A stretch of 59,499 nucleotides of DNA from Klebsormidium nitens. Its lineage: Eukaryota; Plantae; Klebsormidiophyceae. Shown here one piece after another: positions 50,401-59,499 of the stretch. The stretch covers positions 1-59,499 of the forward strand of contig DF237491.1 in NCBI GenBank assembly GCA_000708835.1, written 5' to 3'. The number at the start of each line of letters is the position of its first letter. Position 1 is the stretch's first letter. The notes beneath the pieces are model-generated. The model was not told where the DNA came from and searched no databases. It saw nothing but the letters and a program-made list of their open reading frames with translations. The translations under genes and the position numbers were made by a program.

Positions 50401-53400
50401 CACTCTGTGCACCCCAAGACATCAAGTTGCACATTTGTGTACGTTGTGAAGATCGTCCCCCTTGCTTCAAGGAAAACGGGGTGCAGTTGTACCCCTCTGT
50501 TATGCCTAGAAGTCCTCATAACACCTGGTGCCCTATGCTGCGCAGGAAGAGCACGACACCCCCGCACGCGTCGCTTCTCCAAAGCCCGCCAAAAAAGAAG
50601 AAGCCAAACCGGCGAAAAAAGACGAGCCCGCCAAGCCCGCCGCCAGCCGGCCGGCGATCCTCCACAAAGCAGGGCCCCGGAAGCAGCCGGCCGAAGAATC
50701 TTCCTCTGACGAAGAAGACAGCGAGACCGAGTCGGAGGAGGAGTCGAGTGAGGACGAAGTAGACGAGAGGAGGAGGGCCGAGGCGCGCAAGCGGCGGGAG
50801 GCGCGGATGAAGGAGGCGATGGCGAAGCGGGACGAGAACGACCTGCGGTCGCCCATCTGCTGCATCTTGGGCCACGTGGACACGGGCAAGACGAAGCTGC
50901 TGGACCGCATCCGAAATACCAACGTGCAGGTAACGAGGCGATTGTATGGTTTCAGGTTGCTAGTATGCTCCGATGAGACTAGTGTGCTGCAAAGCGAGGG
51001 ACGGACTTGGTTAATGTGAGAACGGGAAGGTTGTGGTGCGCATCAGGACGATTGGCTGGTTCCGCATCTCAAATGAGGAGCTTCACGGGCTTTCGCTTCT
51101 ACTTCCCTTCTGGTTCGGCACCTGTCCAGCCGGTTTACGATTCTTACTTTCCCTGGGCCTCTTTACCCGCGAGGAAAGTGAAGGCTCCTCCTTTGTCTTT
51201 GTCTTACTCACGGTATGCTATTTTGCTCTGGTCGTACTCACGGTATCTCATGTTGCTCTTGTACAGGAAGGCGAGGCTGGGGGTATCACCCAGCAGATCG
51301 GCGCCACCTTCTTCCCGATGGACGCCATCAAGGAGCGGACCAAGGAGCTCAAGTCGGATGCAACCCTCAAGGTACGTGTCGATTTCTGGGTCATAATGAG
51401 CAGTGCAATTTGCCTCTTTTCGGTCCTGTTGGCTTGCGTGGATGCAATGCTACTTCCTTTGACGACTGAGGCCGAAGTTCCGTCTCTGTCTATTATGTAG
51501 GTCACTGACGAACGGGTAATTATGGTCTTCGGGTGCTCGAGATTTTTCGTCATTGTTTAGCCTCACGACTTTTCGTCTGCTCGTCTGTCTCCCTAGATCT
51601 GTTATTAGGCAACCGAAGCCAATCTGCTTCTTTGAAAGCGTTCACTCCTTCCTTCCCACGTAGTTGTGCTTCCAGCTGGCAGGGAGTTCCTTCAGCATCC
51701 CTCGGTGCACACTTCTCTGTATAACAGTCCTAGCCGTCACTCTCTGACAGGTTCCCGGGCTGCTCATTATCGACACGCCCGGTCACGAGTCGTTCACGAA
51801 TCTGCGGTCGCGCGGGTCCGGCCTGTGCGACATCGCCATCTTAGTTGTGGACATCATGCACGGCCTGGAGCCGCAGACCGTTGAGTCGATCAACCTGCTG
51901 AAGATGCGCAAGACGCCCTTCATCATTGCGCTCAATAAGGTACGTTAGTCGCTGGATGCAAGGGAGTCGCGTTTGAGTTCTTGTGACAAGTATTGATGCT
52001 TATCAAGCTGACTGATAGTGGAAGGAGGAGTCAGAGGTCGCTAGTGTCTGCTCACTGAGCTGTTCGTTTTCAACTGAGAAAGTTTTTGGAGCTTGCCAGT
52101 CTCTGCCATACACACCCTGTGAAACAGCATGTGAATGCAACTTCTCAAACATCAAGCATGATTGCAGGCTTGGTCCTGCACATCTCGGAAACAAGTACAG
52201 TAATAAAAGCTTGCAAGCTGCTGTAGATTGAGCGCCTTCCCGGTTTGGTCTCGCGCTCCCCTCGCTGTTATCCGTATGATACCCAGTTGCTCAAGCGTGT
52301 TTGTGGCCGTTGCCAGGTGGACCGTCTGTACGACTGGAAGGTGCAGTCCAACGCGCCCATCCGGAACGCGCTCAAAATCCAGCCCGAGCACGTGCGCAAG
52401 GAGTTCGACCAACGAGCAGCCGAGGTGAGGGCAATACCCTCTGAGTTGAAGAGGAACTTTGACATGGGTCACAATAGTCCGTTTTGGCTCACGTTGTAAT
52501 GCTTTCGAGTGGTTTAAGGAGGCCTCTGAACATGCACTACGTGAAGGCTTTGCCACTCTTTGAGTCACTGTAGTATGCACAATCCGTCTACCTTTTGGCG
52601 GACTCTGTCATTGAATCAGTAAAAGCGTCGACGTGGGCTAGGATGGAGCGAAACTTACGAACGCGCACCTTTGATCCTTGTTGATCAGCTCAATCCAGAA
52701 TGAGACAACTTGCCTGAGACAAGTGGGGTCAGTAGGGTGGGTTAGGTGGGACATGGGTGTGGAGCAGGTAAAATCTTCGGCTCTATTATTTTGTGTGTCA
52801 GCTTTTCTACTATCATAACTTGAGCTTATCTTGACTGATTTAGAGGATTGTCTTTCTTTTCCCCGTAGGCGATTGGGATGCTCCAGGAGCAGGGCCTGAA
52901 CAGCGCGCTGTACTGGAAGAACAACGACCCGCGGCGCGTGATCAGCATCGTGCCGACGAGCGCCATCAGCGGGGAGGGCATCCCGGACATGCTGCTGCTG
53001 CTGGTGCAGATGACGCAGAAGATGATGAGCGAGAAGCTCATGTTCCTCTCCGAGACGCAGGTCAGTCACCCAGTTTAGCGTAACCTGGGTTTAGCATGTT
53101 TGGGTAGAATTGCGGGGTGGCAATGGTTGCAACTGACAAGGCTTTTGTTTCTTTTGAAAGTTGATTCAGCACGAGCCTTGGGGACCGTTTCAAAACGCAG
53201 GTCAGGCGCCCTGCTTGTCATAGATGGTCGGGGGGCACTTCTTTTGGCACATGGCTACTTCTCGTGTAAAACTTTCAGACGTGCAATCAAAGCAATATCT
53301 CTGAGAATACTCCCTCTTGAGATTGTTCGAGCTCGGTCAATTTGTGGGGGAGCGAAGTTCCTACGCCAACTGCCTGTTGGGATGCTGTGCTCAAGGCGAC

Positions 53401-56400
53401 GCTGCCCTTTGCTTAAAATCAGTGACCTTCGCGCAGATAACTTTGCAGCTTGCCGACGTTAAATGAAACTCTACTTTTTCTTTCGCCGCATGACTGAACC
53501 ATTGGCTCTGGCAGCCCGTCACGACAGCATCGTCTCAGTTCCCAGCGTTCTTTCTTCACTTTGCAAGACACGGTGTTGAGGGGGAAAGTGATCAGGGGCC
53601 CGGGCAGTGCGACTCTTGGCAAGAGCCTTTGGAACTTACCGTTCACTCGAAGAGTCGCATGCATGAAGCTCGTGTATGTTTCTTTTGCTGTCCACAGTGA
53701 TTGAGGGGAAGACGGTCGAGGATCCGAGCAGTCCGATCCTTCTACAGAAGTTTTCCAAGACATTTGCCATTTCAACTTTAAAATAGTCTCAGTAGCGGAA
53801 TCCCGCGTGTTTCTCCGGCAGTGCACGGTATGGAAGGTAAAGGTAATCGAGGGCCTGGGCAGGTCGGAACCTTTCGAACACCACTACCTTGATCTAAAAA
53901 GATCTCACCAAAGGGTCTCACAATTTCCCATCCCGCAGTGCACGGTGCTGGAGGTGAAGGCCGTTGATGCCTCTGGCAGGTCGACTTTCGCACAAAAAGC
54001 TTCTGAAGCCTCCTCCTTTTTGGAAAATATAGCCCACAGGTCGTTGATTGTTTCTTCCCTCGCACAGTGCACGGTGCTGGAGGTGAAGGTGATCGAGGGC
54101 CTGGGCACGACGATCGACGTGGTGCTCGTCGACAGCAAATTTCAAGGCGTTTGCAACTTTCAAATTGAGGACCGTCCAGTGTTGACATCCCGCGAGTTTC
54201 TTCTGCAGTGCACGGTGCTGGAGGTGAAGGTGATCGAGGGCCTGGGCACGACGATCGACGTGGTGCTGGTCAACGGCAAATTTCTCACACACTTTTGCAA
54301 CTTCCAGTTTTAAGTCAGTCTCAGTACTGACATCCCGCGAGTTTCTTCTGCAGTGCATGGTGCTGGAGTTGAAGGTGATCGAGGGCCTGGGCATTACGAT
54401 CGACGTGGTGCTGGTCAACGGCAAAATTCTCACACACTTTTGCAACTTCGAATATTAAGACAGTCTCAGTACCAACCTCCCGCGTGTTTGTTCTGCAGTT
54501 ACACGGTGCTGGAGGTGAAGGTGATCAAGGACCTGGGCTGTTTGTATGCTCTCAAACATCATCAACGGAACTCCGTGTTTTTCCTCCTGTGCAGTGCACG
54601 GTGCTGGAGGTGAAGGTGATCGAGGGCCTGGGCACGACGATCGACGTGGTCCTGGTCAACGGCGTGCTCCACGAGGGCGACACGATCGTGGTGTGCGGCC
54701 TGCAGGGGCCCATCAAGACGTCCATCCGAGCGCTGCTCACGCCGCACCCCATGAAGGAGCTCCGGGTCAAGGTGAGCGCGGTAGACCTCGTGCTTCTGTT
54801 GTATGCTCGTTCAGGGTTCGGCTGGGGCTCTAGAACCCTACCCGTAAATCAGTTTTTGCGCACTGTCTGAGCTCTTTACGACATTGGTCGATGGCGCCAA
54901 AACCCGCTTCTTCCACCTAGGTCGCTTGGATTTTGCCTGAGGTTGTCAAGTACCCGACATAAAACCCTCGCATCTCTTGATTGACCTTGCTGTCCTGATT
55001 GAACCGAGGCCGAATCTTGCATTCAAGAAGGTATCCCGGAACTTGCATTTCGGCTGGACCCAGTATCACAGAAAGCGGCTGCAAAGTAGAAGAGCCCTCC
55101 ATTCTTTGAGCACTTTCCTTGTTGCAGGGGTCGTACGTGCACCACAAGGAGCTGAAGGCCGCCCAGGGGATCAAGATCACGGCGCAGGGCCTCGAGTCCG
55201 CGGTTGCGGGCACACAGCTCTACGTGGTCGGACCCGATGACGACGTGGATGACGTCATGGACGAGGCGATGCAGGACATGAACAGCATCCTGTCGCGGGT
55301 GGACAAGAGCGGCGAGGGCGTCTGTGTGCAGGTAAGCGCCCGGCAAAAAGTTTGGCGCCATTATTGTAAACCCACCCATCTGGGACGAGCGGGCACCAAA
55401 TCGCGGAGTCTCGGATCGAGAAGGTTATGTTATTATGAGTTCAAGTGGGCCACGCGCTAAAAGTTTACATGTTCGTGACCCTGCCTTCGGCATGCTAGAT
55501 CCTCTGTATTTCCAAGAGCGTTTGGACCTTTAAGTTGCCACGTACAACGGGGCTGTTGGAGAGCCCTTGATTCGGACGCCGCTTTCCAAAGCTTCGCCAC
55601 CCAGTTTCGTACAACGGCTCTCTTTTTGGAGCCTGTGGAACTGACCGAAAGCTCCCGACCGCAACATCTCAGTAAAGTGGTCGAATCGAAGGCTTGCTAC
55701 GACCCTCCTGTTCCGTCTACGTCATAAATGGCCCCCGAAAGGCACTGCTGGCTTTCTATTGCTCTAGATTCAGCCGACTCTTTTTACACACATCATTGAG
55801 CTGTTCTTTAAGCCTTTGTTCGGGCGTCCACTTGGGTCAGTTGGGTTGGCTTAGGAAGCTCAAGAAACGGGGTGCCAACACTCATTCAGCGGAGCCAACT
55901 CTGAATCTGGTCAGTTCCTTTCTACTCTTGACCACGCCTAAGCTCCCCTCTTTCTTCAATCCCCAGGCGTCCACGCTGGGGTCCCTGGAACGGCTGCTGG
56001 AGTTCCCCAAGCTCACAAGATTGAACCCCGAATCTCCGCCGTTGATTCTATCAGCGGCTAACTTTAACTTCTTTCTTCAATCCCCAGGCGTCCACGCTGG
56101 GGTCCCTGGAAGCGCTGCTGGAGTTCCTCAAGCCCACAGAAACGAACCCCGATTTCCCCTGTTGATTCTTTACAGCGGCTAACTTCCGATTTCTTTCTCT
56201 TTACCCCGTATTAGGCATCCACGCTGGGGTCCCTGGAGGCGCTGCTGGAGTTCCTCAAGAGCCCGGACGTGAACATCCCGGTGAGCGGCATCAACATCGG
56301 GCCCGTGCACAAGAAGGACGTGATGCGCGCGAGCGTCATGCTGGAGCGCAAGCGCAAGGAGTTCGCGTGCATCCTCGCGTTCGACGTGAAGGTCACGCCC

Positions 56401-58717
56401 GAGGCGCGCGACATGGCTGAGGAGCTGGGGGTCAAAGTGTTCACTGCGGACATCATTTACCACCTGTTCGACCAGGTGAGCGGGCGGTGCAACACAGCGG
56501 AAGTTTCAATTGGCAATGGATCATCCGGCAACGTGTTTCCTTTCTTAGGGGGTGTTGCAAGTCAGGGTATGCTTGAAGGGTATGGTAGGTGAGTGGCCAA
56601 TAGGGGATGTTGCAAGTCAGGGTGTACTTGAAGGGTATGCTAGGTGAGTGGCCAATAGGGGATGTTGCAAGTCAGGGTGTACTTGAAGGGTATGCTAGGT
56701 GAGTGGCCAAGAGAATCTGCGTCGCACATCTGAAAGTTTTGTTCGCTGAGCCGTGTGCCGGAATTGTGGATCACAGTGTGGGTTACAGTCTTCTGTTACG
56801 TGCTTCCGGGACGAATATCTGAGGCTGGTTCGTGCTGCACACTTGCGGCATTCAGTATCGGGTCCGCAAGCAGCCAGCACTCGTGCATTTACTGTTCTCT
56901 CGGGTCTCACTAGGGCTCCCCCTTCAAAGGGGCAGTCTTCCGTCTAAACCGTTCTCGGCTTAATATCCCGCTTTTTGGCCAACAACCCCCGACCACGTAA
57001 CCCGGCGCAATGTACAGTATTCCCACTCTCCAGACCGTCCCAAAGCGTCAGAACCACCCAAGCCGTTCGTAGCTCGTCCGAAACCCACCTGGAAACTACA
57101 GGACTTCGCAAACTAGCAACAATAACTTTTAGCAATGGTTAGTAAACCAGGCTGCGACGGGTGAGGTTAATCTGGGGGTTTAGGGTGGGTACGAGTGCGG
57201 AGCAGGCGGATTTATGGGGTCAGCTTTTGGCGTTAGTGGAGAAGCTTACAGCTTACTGATGGTAAATCGAAGACACATGGAAACCCTTTGGTTTGCAGTT
57301 CACGGCGTACATGGGCAACATCAAGGCGGAGAAGCGCGCGGAGGCGGCGGAGGACGCGGTGTTCCCGTGCATCCTCAAGATCCTGCCGCAGTTCGTCTTC
57401 ATGAAAAAGGACCCCATCATCCTCGGCTGCGACGTCGTGGCCGGTATCGCCAAGGTGAGCGAACAACTTATAGTAAATGTCCTTTGTTTCATCGTTTGCA
57501 CGTTGGACTCTGGACATCCGGGACATCTGCATGCTTGTTCTGCCCCCTTCTTTTTGGTTGGACAACTGCTGGAAATGCGCGTTCTTGCAAGGCAAGGGAT
57601 TTGGGGGGGCCGCGCTTGTTAGTCTGCTCTTTACTCAACACCCTTTCTATCGAATGGTCCGGTTTCGTGTTGAAAATGTTTAGGATTCTGACCTTACTCG
57701 CTCTCGCAGGTCGGCACGCCCATTTGCGTCCCCTCGAAGGGCACTATCGACATCGGCAAAATTGCGTCCATAGAAATGAACCACAAAGCGGTGGATACAG
57801 CCAAGAAGGGCCAGAGCATAGCGCTCAAGGTATGCAAACGACACTGCTTGGAAAGTTTGAAGCAAAAGATTGAGCTGTAGCTCACTCCGGGGCTCGGTGC
57901 ACGCGTAGGTTACAAACGGAGGGTACGAAAAAGTGATTACAGTGGCTATCCCAGCGCTTTTCTTTTGCCAGGCGGCCTCTGTGATAGATATCTATCGTTT
58001 TGCTTTTTTGGCCCAATTGCCAGCTTTTGGTGGACTTTTCGACAGAATGTCTCAGCAAGTCTATGTCTGGTTGCTGGCATCGAATTAGATGGTTCAGCAA
58101 CTTGCTTTCTAACTTCCTCTGCCGGCTCGATAAGTCGCTGGTGATTCGTCCTTTGCTGTTGTCCCAGTTGCCCCCTCAGACTGGACATTGTACCGTATAC
58201 TCACCTTGACCGTCGCCGAGAGCCTTCGAAATTGATTTTTCTCGATCACGGGGCGTCCCCAGAATTGTCTGCTTTCATCCCCGCAGATTCAGAGCACGAA
58301 CGCGGAAGAGGCGCAGAAGATGTACGGGCGGCACTTTGACAAGGACGACGAACTCGTGAGCCACATCTCGAGAAAGAGCATCGACCTCCTTAAGGAGAAT
58401 TATCGGGTAAGTAAAAGCTGTCCGGATTTTGCCCTTTGCATGTTGGGAGCTTCTGTTTGAGACGATCTGTTGCTGGATGGTTGCGGAGTGCAAGTCTTTT
58501 TGATGGTTATCTTTTTGCCCTTGGCGCGCTTGTTCATGATTGGCGAATCAAGTTCTTGCACGTTACCAGTCCAGACAGCATATAAATTGGGAGCAAAGAA
58601 TGTCGTTGGCATAGCATACCGTAGGCTGTGACGATTATCTGCATTTTGCAGGACGACCTTACTAGGGACGACTGGATGCTCGTGGTGAAGTTGAAGAAAA
58701 TGTTCGAGATCCAATAG
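44430..58717 (+). CDS. EIF5B: Eukaryotic translation initiation factor 5B (IF2 family GTPase), 20 exons, about 1661 aa, with an extra tRNA-binding OB fold in the N-terminal region
   Basis: Exons 44430-45221, 45878-47005, 47368-47679, 47971-48147, 48555-48626, 48941-49090, 49435-49557, 50001-50150, 50546-50929, 51267-51371, 51751-51939, 52317-52424, 52869-53060, 54595-54771, 55128-55331, 56215-56475, 57299-57454, 57710-57829, 58287-58406 and 58652-58717. Motifs: [111 protein letters not shown]-terminal [15 protein letters not shown]. Confidence 0.97.
45956..46250 (+). other. tRNA-binding OB-fold domain (bacterial PheRS beta B2 / YtpR / Trbp111-like) encoded within eIF5B exon 2
   Basis: [84 protein letters not shown] matches the recalled PheT-B2 pattern VVG.V......ADKL....V.VG.....IVCG..N...G..V.VA..G..LP....I....LRG..S.GMLCS..ELG. 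Confidence 0.88.
53569..54540 (+). repeat. Tandem array of duplicated intron-end plus exon-14-start units in eIF5B intron 13
   Basis: Copies of cag|tgcacggtgctggaggtgaaggtgatcgagggcctgggca... start at about 53822, 53939, 54068, 54209, 54354 and 54499. Degenerate copies lie near 53569 and 53694. The functional exon starts at 54595. Confidence 0.92.
55940..56214 (+). repeat. Two duplicated intron-end plus exon-16-start units in eIF5B intron 15
   Basis: ctttcttcaatccccag|gcgtccacgctggggtccctggaa..gctgctggagttcc has exon-like parts starting at 55967 and 56088. The functional exon (tag|gcatccacgctggggtccctggaggcgctgctggagttcc) starts at 56215. Confidence 0.9.
56546..56710. repeat. Tandem repeat, 3 x 55 bp, in eIF5B intron 16
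   Basis: The unit taggggatgttgcaagtcagggtgtacttgaagggtatgctaggtgagtggccaa occurs three times; copy 1 is slightly diverged. Confidence 0.92.
57157..57206 (-). repeat. Short dispersed intronic repeat, copy 2
   Basis: Its reverse complement matches 7522-7570 at 45 of 50 positions. Confidence 0.75.
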
Positions 58718-59499
58718 CATTAGCTTCAAAGTTCAGGGGTCATAGTTGACCATGAGTTTGGAACGCCAGCTCGTCTTTCGTAGATGCAGAAGTAGGCATT
58801 TCTTTTGGTCCTATCAAACTTTTGCGTGTTCGTCATTACGAAATCATTTTGCCTGGTCGTGACACGATGAGAAGTTCACAAGCCTCGTAGTGGTCGAAGC
58901 CATTCTTGAATGTTTATGCATCCTGCGTTTCTTCTCATCATGTGATGTGGGTCCTGATTGTGCTATAGCACAATTTTGAGGTTGAAGCTTTCGACTTTCT
59001 GTTGTCGTAGATACAAGTATTAAGAGGAGCGCACACACCAGTCGAATTTCGGTTACTGAATGTGGTTATGTACGATCCCATCATTCATTTGGCCTCCATT
59101 CATTGCATAACACATGGTCTCCATCATATCAGTTCTTGCCGCAGGCAAGTATATAGGCCAAAGCTTTTCATATAAACCCAAGATCATGATGACCAATGAG
59201 ATATTTTCAGATTTGATTTTGCATAGCCTTCAGAATGTCGATCATCAAATGACGTGTTGCCAAGAGGGTATGGATGCATGGAACGCTTTCACTCGTCTCT
59301 TCGAAGATTACGAATGGAAATGAAGAATAGTGGCTTGTACATGTGTCCTTAGTTTTCCGGTTCAGCCAAATCATTCCTACCGTACTGCTGAGTTTCTAGA
59401 CAATTTTATTTCTTGGGCCCCGAGAAAGCCATATGTCACGTGACTCACGTGTTATGCATATTCTAGCTGGGCCAGTCGCCGCATCCCGCCCCAGTTACT

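Noticed and set aside
51205-51260. Short duplication tactcacggtat...ttgctct before an eIF5B acceptor (similar short repeats at 38084-38170 and 15958-16075)
   Set aside because: Units are under 30 nt and degenerate, and no exon sequence is copied; ordinary intronic slippage.
53822-54594. Repeat-spacer appearance resembling a CRISPR array
   Set aside because: The repeats are copies of the eIF5B exon start, the spacers are related to each other, units are 96-145 nt, the genome is eukaryotic and there are no cas genes.

Overview
Eukaryotic, intron-rich nuclear DNA with GC-rich exons and GT-AG introns. It carries a land-plant-type CHASE histidine kinase, a plant Rho_N protein and a motile-cilium gene, which fits a flagellate streptophyte alga such as Klebsormidium (inference). 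Six spliced genes were reconstructed by hand: a Rho_N (RHON1-like) protein (+), an epoxide-hydrolase-like alpha/beta hydrolase (+), an AUH-like enoyl-CoA hydratase (-), CCDC180 (+), a 21-exon CHASE hybrid histidine kinase (+) and a 20-exon eIF5B (+). Main oddities: (1) eIF5B carries an in-frame bacterial PheRS-beta B2/YtpR-type tRNA-binding OB fold in its N-terminal region; (2) arrays of duplicated 'acceptor + exon start' units lie in two eIF5B introns and one kinase intron; (3) all 19 eIF5B introns are phase 0; (4) the CHASE pocket lacks key AHK4 cytokinin-contact residues; (5) an intronic MITE holds eight copies of the 5' splice-site consensus. Coordinates were read by eye and may be off by a few bases. 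Family assignments rest on recalled motifs, not database searches.
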